Notes under the pieces: model-generated
What the model was told of the DNA's origin: nothing
What the model saw: only the letters and a program-made list of their open reading frames with translations
The model's database searches: none
Part shown: piece by piece, positions 24,741-39,700 of the stretch
Position numbering within the stretch: position 1 is the first letter of the stretch
Layout of the letters: every line of letters starts with the position of its first letter
NCBI GenBank assembly: GCA_963747695.1
Contig: CAVVFV010000010.1
Span: forward strand, 5,618 to 69,617
Length of the DNA stretch: 64,000 nucleotides
DNA from: Candidatus Falkowbacteria bacterium
GTDB taxonomy: Bacteria; Patescibacteriota; Patescibacteriia; Patescibacteriales; WJLG01
Direction of reading: 5' to 3'
Position numbers and translations under genes: made by a program

Positions 24741-27700
24741 CTATCTTTTCGCTCCGCTGTAAGCGATGGCGCGGACCGCGTCCCAGGCGCGGGCGGTTAC
24801 CGGATTATGCTTGAAGAAATAATAATAAGCCTTGATGGCGATCTTTTCATTGGTCTGATTCCTTTGGGCCGGACGCAAGCCATAAGCCATGATGGTGACG
24901 GCGTTGTTATCATAAGTATTATTCATATTCGCAGGGCGGCCATAAATAGTCTTGAAGCTTTCTTGCGCCGTCTTAATCGCTCCCGGACTTTGTTTGGTCG
25001 GCCAGCGGCCATTGCCGATCTTCAACACATCTTGCCAATCAGCCAAAGTTACGGGCAGATAACCGTAAGCGGATTGGAAAGAAGAAACCGAACCGCCGCG
25101 TTCTCCCGCGCCAAGAATGTGGGTGGTCGGCGTGCCGACATGGATGAAATAGGCAATCGTGATCTTTTCTTGAGCCGTTAACGGCGCCGTAGCCAAAGCG
25201 ATCACTCTTTGATAGACCGACAATTCCACCGCCGGAAGAGCGACATATTGAGCGTTGGCTAACAGAGTGTCGGCTTCGTCGGCGGTAACTTGATTGACGA
25301 CCGCGCTGCTCGCGCCGATCAAACTGGTAACAACGCCGCCGGAACTGCTGCCGCTAGCCGGAACGACCACGGAAGGCGGCAAAATATCCACCGGCGTAAC
25401 GACGGTCGCTTGTCCCGAACCGGCCGTCGCCGCGGTTGTCCGGGCCGTAGAATAATTTAAATTATTATCGTACGAGTAGATTGAGTAATAATAAGTTTGA
25501 CCGTTGGACAAACCAGAGTCCACGAATTTTTGCGCATTGCCAAGATAAATTACCGAGGCTAAAGGATCGGTGTAACCGGAAAGCGGCGACCCGAGTTTAT
25601 GATAGATCTTCACGCCGGCAAAATCACTGTCGCTCGGATTCGTCCAAGACAGCGTAATCTGGCCGTCGGAACTGGTGGCAAAAAGATTACTTACCAGGCC
25701 GGGCGGAGTCGTGTCTGGCGGCTTGACCGGGGCCGAAGCTCCGCCGCCGCCTCCGCCGCCTCCTCCCCCGCTGCCGCTTCCATTTCCACTATTATGAACA
25801 GTAGCGCAAGAAACTAAAATATTATTGACGTCAGCGTCAGCCACAATCCCTTGGCCGGAAGATATTGTACAAGTCTGACTGCCGGGATTGGTCAAAACTG
25901 TTACGTTATATCCAGCCGCATCATCCAGCTCGGTGGCAAAATTAAATACGCCGTTGGCCGAGATGATGAGATTATCGCCGCCGTTATTCTGCAAAATAAC
26001 CGTACCGCTCAATCCGGAAACCCTGCCGCCGATCACATAAGTATCGGCGCCGGCATCGCTGGCGTAAGCCGCCGAAACAACATGGTTGGCTTGGATATTA
26101 TTAATAATGTAGGTCGAACTCGTACTGACTAAAACCGAATCGACCAAAATGCCGGTGACGTGATAGCCGGTGGTGGCAGTAACCGTGTAACCTTGACTCT
26201 CGCCATAATTTTTGGTGGTGATACCCGAGGGAGCGATCGTGCCGTATGAGCTGCTGGAAGCGGTGATCGTATAAGTGTTGATAGCAAAACCGGCGCTGAC
26301 GGAAATATTTCCGGCAACATTAAGGTCCTTTCTCGGATTGGCCGTTGAACTATCGCTCCAGAGAGTAAAATGATAACCGGCAATCGGTTCAGCCGTGACG
26401 GCGGCGCCATCGGCGCCCGGCGCGACCGATTGGTTTGAGTTGCCCAAGATCGATCCGTTGGCTCCGGCGGAATAAGCCAGCGTGTAAGGAGACAAGGCCG
26501 TTTGAAAAGTGAAATCAGTCGTCGTGGCCGAATCGCCGGAAGAATCATCGGCAATGATCTGAAAATGATAAATATTATTCGGCGTCAGTCCACTAAGCGT
26601 CACGGAATTGGAAGTTGATGACGGAGTGGAAGAAGAAACCGAACCATAATTTTCGTCTGGGCCGTAATTGACCGCCGAGTCCGCCGCGACATTGGTCAAC
26701 CAGGAAATCGTCGCCGTGTAAGCGGTTGTCGAAGAAGAAATCTGATAGATGACCAGCGGTGCCGAAATATCCTCACAGGAAATATTAATATCAGAGACAG
26801 CTGCTCCGGCAATAGTTCCGTAATAATGATCCACCGAACAGAGCTGACCGGACGGCTGATTCAAAACCGTCACATTATAAGCGGCGCCATCGTTCAAAGC
26901 CGTGGCAAAAGCATACGGCCCATTGCTGGTAAGATCCAAATCATCGCTGCCGTTATTCTGCAAAGTGACCGTGCCGGAAAGTCCGCTGACCGATCCGCCG
27001 ACGGTATAAGTCGGCAGCGTTACCGTGACCGGCGCGCTGGCCGAAGCGGAAATATTTCCTGCCGCGTCGCGAGCCCAGGCATAAAGAGTCTTACTTCCCG
27101 CGTCGGCAAAAGTATAAGTCGTGGTAGCGGTTGATCTCCACTCCGGATCATCGGCGGACGGGATAGCCGAAAATTCGTTGACCAGATAACCGGTAACGCC
27201 GGTATCGTCGCTCGCGGTAAGAACAATCGGAACGGAAAGCGAGGCGGAAGTCGAAGATACTACGAAAGAATCGATGGTCGGCGGCGTGTTATCCGAAGGC
27301 GGTCCGCCTCCCCCGCTCTCCGCGGTGGTGAAAGTATGGTCGCTCGAAGTCGCGCGGTTGCCGGCAGCATCGGTCGATCCGATCTGAAAATGATAAATCG
27401 TATCGGCTTCAAGGCCGCGCAAAGTTATCGAGTGTTCCGTTTCAAGAGAATCAGAAGATGAAGCCAGACCATAGCCGGAATCAAGGCCATAACTGACCGA
27501 TGAAGTCGCCGGCTCATCGGTCGTCCAGGTGATGGTGGCGGAATCGGCCGTAGTGGAAGTGCCGGTCAAAGTAATCACCGGCGGAGTAATATCCGAAGAC
27601 GAAGAAATATTATTATCGGCCGGCCGGAAAACGGCGATCGCGGCGCTATTATTTACATCACCGGTAACCGTCCAGGTCGGATCATAGCTATCGGTATCCG

Positions 27701-30700
27701 GCGCGATATAATAAGCCATCGCCCCGTCCATATCGCTCCAATTATGTTCGCTGTCGGAAATATTGAATCCGCTATCGATGCCGAAATCGGTTCCGTTGGA
27801 ATCGCCGCTTGAGAAAGCACTGATCAATAATTCTCCAGCTGAAGCGGGTGCGACGCTGCCGGTCGAAATCGTATTGCCGGAATTCGTGGTGCTGCCGTTG
27901 CCCGTGTCATAAGGATCACTGTCAGTGGCTATGCCGCTCCAAGCCGTTACGGTCAGAACCGGATAGTTTGATGACGCGCCGTTGACGGAAAAAGTCTGCT
28001 CCGGACTGGTGGTCGGGTGATAGGCATACCAGATCTGCGCATAACCGTTATAGCCGGAATTATCCCCTCCTGCTGAAGTGCCATAAGCCTTTAAGTGATG
28101 CCAAATATTATTCATGCTATCGGTAATGCTGACGGTGGAAGTGGAATTATAAACATGCAGACCGACGACGATCAAACTGGCGCCGGTGGTATTGATAGCC
28201 GGCGTGGTCACTCCTTCACCTTCGTCGCCGCTGTCGATTACACCAGTCGAGGCTAGCAAACGGATGCTGGTCGAAAAAGTTGTGAAGGTATGATCGGCGG
28301 AAACAGTCTCACTGCCGTCGGCATCGGTAGTTTTTATGCGATAGTGATAAGTGGCGGGAACATCCAGGCCGCGCAGCGTGATCGAATGTTCAGTGACGAA
28401 AGCATCGGAAGATGAGGCATTGCCGTAAGCGTCAGTCAAGCCATATTCGACGGTGGAAGTGGCGGCTTCGTCGGTTATCCACGTTATAGTGGCGGTCGCG
28501 CCGGCCGTGGAAGTGCCAATGGCTAAAATTATCGGAGCGACAAATTGATCCGCGCCGATATCCCAAACCGAGCCGCGAGCTTGGCCGTCGATGTCGTCGG
28601 AGAAAGGAAGGTAAGGATCGCTAGATAAATTAATTCCCGCCCCGATAGCAGTCGTGTCGTCGGCGGACAAATGATAATCATTATTAGCGATACTGATAAA
28701 CGAAACTGTGGCGGAATCTTTAGAATGAGCGCCCGGAGCATCGTTCAAATTGGAAATATTATAATCACCGGAAATATTTCCTGAATATCCAGAAGATATG
28801 GCATTTTGTACGATATTATTTTCCGCCTCAATCGTGCCGGTAGCCTCCGCAAATATGCTTTGATCGCAATTTACCAAAGTATTGCTATAAGAATAAATAT
28901 TGCCGTCGCTAAGACCAAAGCCGTAACTATTATGGTTAGCGCTTGAATAATCATAGAACAAGCTGTTCCAAACTTTAATATTCGCTGGTGAATCCCAGCT
29001 TGAATTGCTTAAAGCAGTCCCGCCGTTTATTAAACCGGTAAAATTAGCCCGGCTAATATTGTCAGACACTCTAATATCAGAATTAATGTCATTAGGATAA
29101 ATTTCATAGGTTGTCGCCCAAGCATTTCCACTTCTAATAATTTCAGTCTGTAAGCCGTCAAGCCGAACAAATTTAGAATTAACAGTGATCAATTCGTTTT
29201 GAGTGTTATTGTCGATCAAGGCATATTTAGTTTCGTCCCATTTCCCAGAATGCCGCTGAGTCTGATTTACTTGCGAAGTAGTGTTATTTGGCGCGTATAT
29301 ATTTATGTAATTACTCGAGCCGGTATTCCAGCCATCAATGGTGACGGCGGACGTGTCCGGACCAGAATCGTAATAGCAAGGGATGTTTAAAATATAATTT
29401 CCGGCGACCAGGTCGGAAGTATCAAGATAATTAGCGCCCGAAGAGCCGGACACGGCGTTTTCTAGTGAAGCAAACGCGTGGGCGATGGAATCGACTGACG
29501 CGCCGGAAATATCAGCGGGCGTCGCGCCGAGCGCGGTAACCAAAGTCCATTGCGTGGTGGAAATCTTGCCAGCTATATAAGCGACATTATTCGTATCATA
29601 GGTCACTTCATCGCCTACTCCCATATTGGTCGCCGTTTGCGCCACGGAAAAAGTTCCGACGCCATCACTGATGGTTAAAGTCGGCGAGCCCGTCTTATGA
29701 TCATCAGTATTCTGGCCGACGGAATAATAAACATTGGTAGTTGTCGCCACATATTCATCCGCGCCGATATCCCAAGCGCCGGTAGCCGGCCGCGAATTGC
29801 CGGCCAAATCACTATTGAAAGCATAATCAGGATCAGAGGTCAGATTTGCACCCATGCCGATCACCGGAGAGCCGGCCTTAAGCCGATAATCATCATCGGC
29901 CGGATTGGCAAAAATATCACCAGCTGCACAAGCCGAACCGCCACATGCCGTATTTAAGTCCAATAAGTTGGTGCTAAAATCTTCACCGTAATAATTAAAA
30001 TTTCCAGCATTATTTGTCGAGCCCGAGACCGAAGCATCAAGCTCGCCGGGATTACCGAAGAAAATATTATTTTTAGCGGTAAAATTTATCACGCTGCCTT
30101 CCGCCGCGTAATTGTAATAAGTGTAGGTGTTATTGGCAAAAGTATCATTGTAAATAAATGCGTCGGTGGTAGAAACATCTTCTCCGCCGCGAATCCTAAG
30201 GCCAGCGCCAAAATCGTAGATCAAATTATTTATCACATAAGCCCGGTGGCCTTCAGCCAATGATCCGCTGACAATCCCAAAACTTTGAGCTATGGCGTGC
30301 CCCTTGAGGATATTATCAAGAATATAGTGATTTCCCGCGGCACCGCTAACTCCAAGGGCATTTTGCCCGCTTGACTGTAGATCGCTCGTCCCTTCGATTT
30401 GCAAACCATCAATAATCAAATAGTCCACGCCCGATCCTGAGATAGTCGAATCGTTTGTGTTAGGAGAAACATGATATTTAGCCGGATCCCAAATTGCGCC
30501 GTGGCGCTGGCTCACGCCAACCTCGGAAGATAAATAAGGAGCATAGATGCGCAAATAATTTTCCGGACCGGTCACCCAGCCGGCAGCAAAATTTACAGCT
30601 GCCGTGTCAGTCGCGTCGCCATAGCAAGCGATATTCCAATATTCATTATTAGCCACCAGGTCGCGGCCGGAATCGGCAAAATTATCGCTCGGTACGACCA

Positions 30701-33700
30701 GTGAAGGATTAAGAATGCCGTTAACTGCGTCGTTCAACGAAACATAAGAGCGATAGATTTCCCATTTGCTTTGGCCGGAGGTGCCGACCGGTGTCTGGCC
30801 AAGATGATCCTTAACTACATATTCAGTCGTGGAAATCCGGCCCTGGATGAAAACGATCTCGTCGCCCGAATCAATTATGCCGTTGCTGTTGGCATCAAAT
30901 TCAATCGCGTCGCCAACGCCGATCTTGTCCGGCAGAGCCGAAGAGAAAGTGGCGACGCTACCGGAAATAGTCAGAGTGTTGGCGAGACTGCCGGAAACTA
31001 GTGCGCCGGTACTACCCGGGCCGACCGAACGGTAAATTGGCGTGGCGGTTGCCTGGACATATTGATCCGCGCCAACATCCCAGGATGTGCCGCGAGTCTG
31101 GCCGTCGATATCAGTAGAGAAGGCGATTTCGGAATCCGCCGACAAATTTGTACCTTGGCCGATGGCCGCGGTATCGCTCGCCACCAAATGGAAATCACCA
31201 TTGTTGGCATTGACGAAAGTTATCCGAGCATCATTCTGCGGATCGGAACCGAACGCGCCGGACTGCGTCGGACCGGAAAGGTTGTCAGTTGAGGAGGCAG
31301 TAAAATCTTCTCCGACATAATTAGTCACATTGTCATAAGAAATATTATTCTTGGCGGCAAAATTTCCGCCATAGGCGATCACGCCGCCGTTGGATTGATA
31401 AACGGTATTGTTGTAGGCATAACAATTTCCCGAATCGCAATAGATGCCGCCCTGGTAGCTGTTGTAAGGCGCATAGCCGAATCCGTAAATAATATTATTC
31501 CAAGCGTAAACGGTGCTGTTATCGTCCTGATCATGGGCGCCGATGCCTTCAATGTATCCATCTTGAGTCAATACTCCCCAGATAATATTGTCAGAAAACC
31601 AAGCCGCGCCGGCCACGCTATTGCCCCGGTCCAAACCGCAGCCGTATTGACCAAGGAAGGTTGATTTTATCTGCAGGCCCTCGATTTTGACATAACCGAC
31701 TGATTGGACGCTGATAGCGGAAACATCGGTACCCGATATTTGCAGATTGTATTTGCTATCATCCCATTTGCCCTGGTGCCTTTGCGACAAATTAACCTCG
31801 GTCGCCACATTGTCCGGCGTATAGATTTTCAGGTAATTACTCGGGCCGGTATTCCAGCCATCAATGGTGACGGCGGACGTGTCCGGACCGGAATCGTAAT
31901 AGCAAGGGATGTTTAAAATATAATTTCCCGCGACCAAGTCGGAAGTATCAAGATGATCCGTGTCGGCTGCGCCGCCCACCATATCTTCCAGTGAAGCGAA
32001 AGCATGAGTGATGGAATTAACCGTCGCACCGGAAATATCCGCTGGCGTAGCGCCAGTAGCGGTAGTGAGAGTCCATTGCGAAGTGGAAATCTTGCCGGAA
32101 ATATAAGCGACTTGATCAGCATCATAAGTCACCTTGTCGCCTACTCCCATATCGGCGGCTGTTTGCGCCACGGAGAAAGTTCCGACTCCGCTAGCGATGG
32201 TTAAAGTGGGATTACCGGTTTTGTGATCATCCGTGTTCTGCCCGACCGAATAATAAACCGGCTTGGGCGCGGAAAAAGTTATGGTCACAGTCGAGCTAGC
32301 TGGCGCGGACAGATTACCGTCGGCGTCGCGTACCCAGGCATAAAGTTTGTGGAACCCGAAGGAAGAGAACGCGTAAGAAACCGGAACCGTGCTTGACCAT
32401 TTTTTATCATTGAGCTGCGGAGTGGAAGATGATTCGCTGACAAAATAGCCGGTAACACCAGTATCGTCGCTGGCGGAAAAAGTCAACGGCACCGTTAAAA
32501 GATAGGTGGCTGCCGGAATTGAGAAAGCGGTGATGGTCGGCGCGACAATATCCAGCGAAGTGAAAGTCTGATCGCCGTAAGTCGTACCGCTCATCTCGAA
32601 ATGATAAACAGTTTTCGGAGCCAATCCTTTGATGGTGATCGAGTGTGCAGTAACGACGGCCGCTGATGAAGATGATAAGCCATAACTTTCGGCCGTGCCA
32701 TAATTTATTAACGAGCTGGTCGCTTCATCGGTAGACCAGATGATCGTAGCGCTATTATTTCCCCGAATCACTTGGAAGGAATAATCAACCGCACCGATAT
32801 CCCACTCTCCTGCCGGACGAATCGCGCCGGTAATATCATCGGTAAAAGCTAATTCCGGATCGGCGGAAAGATCAGCGCCCTGGCCTTTAACCGGCGAACC
32901 GGCCGCGAGACGAAAATCATTATTAAGCGGATCGGTAAAAATTGCCGTTGCGGGATAAGAAGATAGATCCAAAGCATCCACAGCCGGCGCGTTGCCATTG
33001 GCATAAGCGTTATTGGTAGAGGAAGCATTGATAGAGTTGCCATAATAATCATAACGGTTGCCGTAAGAAATATTATTTTTTTCCAGCGTATCCGAGCCAT
33101 TCAATATGCCAACCCCGCAATCGGATACGGTATTGTTATAGATCCGGGAAACGACAGTCGCATCCCCGGAATTTCCAGCTATTCCGGTGCCGTCATCTTT
33201 ATTATCGAACCCGTAAATAATATTATTCCAAACATCGAAATATCTGATCGGATCACCAGCGTTGTTATAATAATTCATACTGATGCCGGATCCGCCATAG
33301 CTTTTTCCGCTCACGACGCCGGCAATAATATTGTCAGATAGCCAAATGTGGGCGCCGCCGTCAACGCCGTCGGTCGTAAAACCGGAAGCTTCATAAGCGT
33401 TGGAATCAATCGTTTTAAGTTGTAAGCCGTCAATTTTAAGAAAATCAGCAGCATCATCAATGACAGCATCGTCGGTTACCGTTAGGGCGAACTTTTCATC
33501 ATCCCATTTACCGTTATTCCGCTGTGATCGATTGGACTGGTTAGCGATATCGTCCGGGGTGTAAATATTGATGTAATTACTCAGCCCAGTCGTCCATCCG
33601 GTTATATACACTGCAGCTGTATCCGGACCGGAATCGTAATAGCAAGGTATATTCAAAATATAATTTCCCGCGACCAAATCGTTGGTATCAAGATGATTAG

Positions 33701-36700
33701 CGTCTGAAGCGCCGGTGACGGCATTTTCCAAAGAACTGAAAACATGAGCGATGGAATTAACCGTCGCGTTGGCAACATCGGCTGGCATTCCGCCGGTCGC
33801 CGTGACCAAAGTCCATTGCGAGGTGGAAATCTTGCCGGAGATATAAGCGGCCTGATCGGTATCATAAGTTACTTCATCGCCCACGCCCATATTCACCGCC
33901 GTTTGGGCCACAGAGAAAGTGCCGATGCCATCAGTAATGTTAAGAGTCGGCGAACCGGTTTTGTGGTCATCGGTATTCTGGCCGACGGAATAATAAACAT
34001 TGATGGCGGTATTTTGATATTCAGACGCGCCGATATCCCAAGCTGTTCCTTGCGGACGAACCGTTCCGGTAATGTCATTATCAAAAGCCAAGTCTGGATC
34101 AGCGGAAAGATTCGCACCCTGGCCGATCACCGGCGAACCAGCCTTGAGCCGATAATCATCATCGGCCGGATCGGCAAAAATGGTCGTCGAAGCGTAGCTG
34201 GAAAGATCGACACTGTTTGTGCCGGGATCAGCACCGATAGAATAAGCATTGTTGGTCGACTCATCGTCGCCCATGATCGTCACACCATAATCCGAATCGG
34301 TGCCACCATAGACAAGATTATTTTTAAGCTTCAGCAGATAATCAGTGGTGCCGCCGTTATCATTGACGATGCCATCAAAAGCGTTAACCACTGTATTATT
34401 GTCGATAGCCAATTTAGAACCTGGGCCATAAGCCGTGATCAGGATCCCGTAATTATTGACGCTGTGCGCCGGAGCAATGATTATATTATTAAAAATATAA
34501 TCATAGTAATCAGCTTGCGACCGCACTGGAGCAGAAATCTCCTCATGAGCGGTATTCTGCGCCGGGCCGCTGTCTTTGATGATATTGTCGCTCAAATAAA
34601 CACCTTGGGCATAACCGTCATAATCGGTCTGCAACCCGATGCCATAATCATAATCATATCCGATATCATCGATCTGCAATCCTTCCACGCGGGTATAATC
34701 GCGCCAAATAATCAGCGATTCCGTATTGGAAACCGGCTCGATCCGGTATTTGCTATCATCCCACTTGCCATTCGCGCGCTGACTGACGCCGACCTGGCTG
34801 GGCAGATACGGGGTAAAGATATTGACATAGTTGCGGGCGCTAACCGTCCAGCCGTCCACCTCGGCCTTATCGTCGGGCGCATCGGCATAGCAAGCGACAT
34901 TCCAAACCGAATTCGGCGTGACCAAGTCACGATTGTTTTCATTCGGATCAGTGTCAGTCGGGAAATTATCGAAAGGAACCGGAATGGAAGTATTGATAGC
35001 AGTGTACCAGCCCACGGCATTCCACAGCGAAGTGTAGGCTCGATAAACCGCCCAATGCGAAGCATTCGTTATATTAATGGTAGATGAAGAACCGTGCTCG
35101 GTTTGTACACCGTAAGAAGAATCGGAATTGCGGTGATCGATAAAAACGATCGAATCGCCGGAATCCAGACTACCATTATCGTTGCTGTCATAAACGATCG
35201 CATCGCCGACGCCGGAATTGTCCGGCAAGGAGCCGCCGGAAAAAGTCGCCGCGCCGTTATTGATGGTCAAAGTGAATGATTCAGTGCTGGAAGCCAACGC
35301 AGTAGTGCGGCCTGGACCGACCGAACGATAGATTTGCGTCGGCGCAGTCAGGGTAATATCCACGAATGTGCTGGCGCGATCGGAAATATTGCCGCTGAAA
35401 TCTTTAGCCCAGGCATAAAGATTTTTATGGCCGCCGGTCAAAAAATTATGAGTGAACGGAACAGTTGCCGACCAATCCGGATTATCACTTACCGGAGTTG
35501 AAGATGATTCACTAACCAAATAACCATTAATGCCGGCATCGTCGGTCGCCGTCAAGGAGGTTATGGAAACATTCAGGCGAGATGAAGAAGTGGCGATTGA
35601 GAACGAGGTGATTACCGGCGGTGAAACATCTAACGTCTGAAAGGTCTGATCTCCGTAAATACTAGAGTCGATCTGAAAATGATAAATAGTATTGGCTGAC
35701 AACCCCTTCAAGTTGATAGTATGCAAAGTAACGATTGCGGCGGAGGAAGAAGACAAGCCGTAGCCAGTAGATTCACCATAATCAACCTGCGATGATTCGG
35801 CGTCCGCGGTCTGCCAGATTATTGTGGCGGTTGTTGCTCCAGGAATTATCTGATAATCAAATTCCTGCGCGCCAATATCCCAAACGCCGGAAGCGGGTCT
35901 GGCCTGGCTGACAAAATCAGAATCGAGAGGCAGAACCGAATCGTCGGTAAGATTGGCGCCCATGCCGATTACCGGCGAACCAGGCTTGAGGCGGAAATCT
36001 TGGTCGGCCGGGTCGGCAAAAATTGAAGTTGAGGCATAACCGGAAATATCCAGGTCGCTTGCGCCAGGATAGCCATGATCCCAAGAAGTATAGGCATTAT
36101 TATTCTCTGTACCTCCATCGACAACATCATCGGCGAAATCCCAGCTGGAGCTGTCATAAATCAAATTGTTTTTCAATTCCAAACGATAATCAGTGACACC
36201 CGGCAGATAATCATCAATGCCGTCGCCCATACCGACGATGGTATTGTTATAAATGGCAATCTTAGTACTGCTCGACACTGGGTCATTATCGCCGCCGTGG
36301 ATGGAGATTCCGGGAATATCAAGGCGGTTCACGGAATCATAGAGCAGATTATTAAAAATGTAATCATAATAATCTGTTTGCGACCGGAGCGCAACTTCGA
36401 TCAAGCGGGAATTCGAATCAGCACCCCCTTCTTTAAGAATATTATCGTCGACGTAAATTCCTTGCACGGCCAAACCGTCATTGCCATCGGTCCGCAGCTC
36501 GATATCGTCAATCCATTGCGTGCCGGCGGTCGTCGATCTGATCTGTAAACCTTCAATCCTGGTAAAATTCTGCCCGACGTATATGATGTCATTGGAATTA
36601 GTCGGATAAACATTCGCCGGCGACAGATGATATTTGCTGTCATCCCATTTGCCGGCGTGACGTTGGGAAACTCCAACTTCCGTAGGCAGATAAGGAGTAT

Positions 36701-39700
36701 AGATTCTGACGTAATCATTCGCATTAGTAACCCAACCCTCGACTCTCGCAACATTAGAGTCAACCGCATCACCATAACAAGCGATATTCCAATCCCAGTT
36801 CGGCGTGACTAAATCGCGATCAGAAAGATTGGACCAGGACACGTCGAAAGAAACCGGAATCGAAGGATTCGGAATTAGGTTCCAATCAACGGCATTGCCC
36901 AGCGAAGTATAGGCGCGATAAACCGCCCAATGCTGTTTATTGGAAACATTGACCATGGTGGAAGTGGCACCGTCTTCGGTTTGCACTTCATAAGACGAGT
37001 CGGAATAGCGGCGCATGATAAAGACGATCGAATCGCCAGAATCCAGACTGCCGTTATCGTTGCTGTCATAAACGATCGCGTCTCCGACTCCGGCATTGTC
37101 CGGCAAAGTGCCACCGGAAAAAGTCGCCGCGCCGTGATCAATCGTCAGCGTAAATGATCCATCACCGGAAGCAAGCGCGTCAGTATTATCCGGTCCGACC
37201 GAACGGTAAATCTGCGCCGGCGTGGTCGTGGCCGGCGTTTCGTTCTCATTTTCAGCCGGTTTAAAAGCCGCGATGGCCACGCTATTTTGAACCATGCCAC
37301 CGGCTACCGTCCAGTTGGGATCAATGCTGTCGGTCGTCGAGGCAACCAGGTAAGCCATCACTCCGACCATCGAATTGCCGTTATTAATTTCTTTGCTGAT
37401 GGCAAAACTATCGCTTATTTGCGGATTAGCATCGTCATCATAAGGATTAGTAAGCAGGCTGATTAAAAGTTCACCGTTTACGGCCGGCGTAACGCTGCCA
37501 GTATTAATTGTATTGCTGGTGGTAGTCGTGTTGCCATTCTCGGCATCGAAGACATCGCTCCCCGTAGCTGTGCCGCTCCAGGCGCTGACCGTCAAAGCCG
37601 GCCAATTATTACTGGCGGCGTTAACGGAAAAAGTTTGCGCGGCGCTAGTGGTGGCATTATAGGCATACCAGATCTGCGCGAATCCTCCGGCATTCGAATT
37701 ACCATAAGCTTTGAGAGGATGCCAGATATTATCCAGGCTGTCAGTTATGCTCAAAGTTGAAGTTGATTGATTAACATGAAGACCGACGACCAGTAGCGTG
37801 GCGCCAGTGGTATTGATCGGCAACGTCGTGACGCTATCATCGGAACCGCCTCCGGCCACGGTAGAAGCTATCCGGGAAATTTTACCGGCAGAAACGATAA
37901 CCGAAGATGAAGAAAATTCATCCGCGCCGATATCCCAGGCACCTGTTCGGGTTTGATTTTTTACGTCAACCGAAAACGCTAAATCTAGGTCGGCGGAAAG
38001 GTCAGTGCCCTGATCAATCGCCGGAGAATCTTTAGTTAAGAGAAAATCATCATCGCTCGGGTCGGCAAAAACATCAACCGCCGCATAACCGGCAAGATCC
38101 AAATTATCCGAACCGCCCGGATCAGAACCGACCGTATAAGCATTATGACTGGAAGCGGCGGCAAATGAACCGATATAATCCGTGACATTGCCGTAAAGCA
38201 GGTTGTTCTTGAACAAGTTACTGGTGCTCCCCTGATTTATCCCCTGATTACAATCAGTGATCGTATTAGCATAGACATCGGAAGAAGTGCCGGAAGTGGA
38301 ATTAAGATAAAGTCCGATCCCCTGATCGGCGTCAAAACCGTAGATTATGTTGTCAAAAACATAGCCGTGTTGCGAACCGGTCGAAGAATAATTAATGCCT
38401 CGGCCGCCAGAAGTATTACCGCTCCCTTCTGTTATGAGATTTCCGCTAATGCGGACATCAACCACGGACTGATCGGAGTTATAAACATAAATTCCGCGAT
38501 TGTAATTAAAAACATAGGTCGGCGTTTTAAGCTGCAGCCCTTCGATTCTCGTATAACTGTCTTCCACTAAGATGGTATTCTCTGCTGTCTCGGTTATTGG
38601 CGGCACGATATTGTATTTGCCATTATCCCATTTGCCACGGTGGCGTTGAGATACATTTACTTCAGTCGAAGTACTATTCGGGGTGTAGATTTTAAGATAA
38701 TTATCCTCGCCAGTTGTCCAGCCGCTGATCGTTACCGCGGTTTGATCCGGCCCTGAGTCATAGTAACAAGGAATATTCAAAACATAATCTCCCCCGACCA
38801 AGTCGGTGGTGTTAAGATAATTCGCGCCGGAAGCGCCGGTCACGGCATTGGCCAAAGAAGAAAAAACGTGAGAAATTTTCAAAACTTCAGCAGTGGTTGT
38901 TGCTTCCGGTTCACCGCCAGTGGCGGTAATGACGTTCCAAACCGTATTTGATTGCTTGGCCGAAATATAAACTGTCGTTGTCGCACTGGCATCGCCATAG
39001 GAAATTTTGTCGCCCACGCCCATATTGGTGGCAGTCTGGGCGGCAGAAAAAGTCGCGACGCCGTCGGAAATGGTGATGGTCGGCGAGCCGGTTTTGTGAT
39101 CGTCAGTATTTTGACCGACGGAATAATAAACATTGAGTGTTATTGGCACATATTCATCGGCGCCGATGTCCCAGGCAGCACCTTGCGGACGAGTTATCCC
39201 GGCAAGATCATAGTTAAAAGAAAATTCTGAATCGTTAGCAAGATCGGCGCCTTGATCGATCACCGGCGAATCCGCCTTAAGACGGAAATCATCATCGGCC
39301 GGATCGGTAAAGATATCACCGGCGGTGCAGGCCGAACCGCCGCAAGCAGTTGTCAGATCAACTAATCCCGCGGCAAAATCATCACCATGCCGCTCGGAAT
39401 CAACGGCATTATTTTCGGTTGAAGTAGCCAAAGAGGCGTCATACCAGTCGGGATTGTTGAATAGAATATTATTTTTGGCGGTGAGATTGATTTTCTGGCC
39501 GGTGTCCTGCCAGGCATCGAGAGAATTACCATTATTAACAATTGTATTGTTATAGATAAATACATTGGTGACATAAGCCCCGTTTTCCTGCCCGACTGCT
39601 ATTCCTTCATCAAAATCATAAATGATGTTATTTGCTATTTGAGCTTTATATCCCGGCGCCACATTATCAAGAGCAATCCCCCGGCTTTCCGAAATATTAT

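Noticed and set aside
33744-35087. Long antisense ORFs inside well-supported genes. Examples are the 447-aa plus-strand ORF here, 8564..9034, 12183..12790, 15910..16485, 45238..45792, 45895..46725 and 52076..53038.
   Set aside because: They lie opposite genes with strong homology or architecture. Their composition is Arg/Gly/Ile-rich and low-complexity, they lack Shine-Dalgarno sequences, and in the giant gene they simply mirror its internal repeats. I treat them as shadow ORFs.
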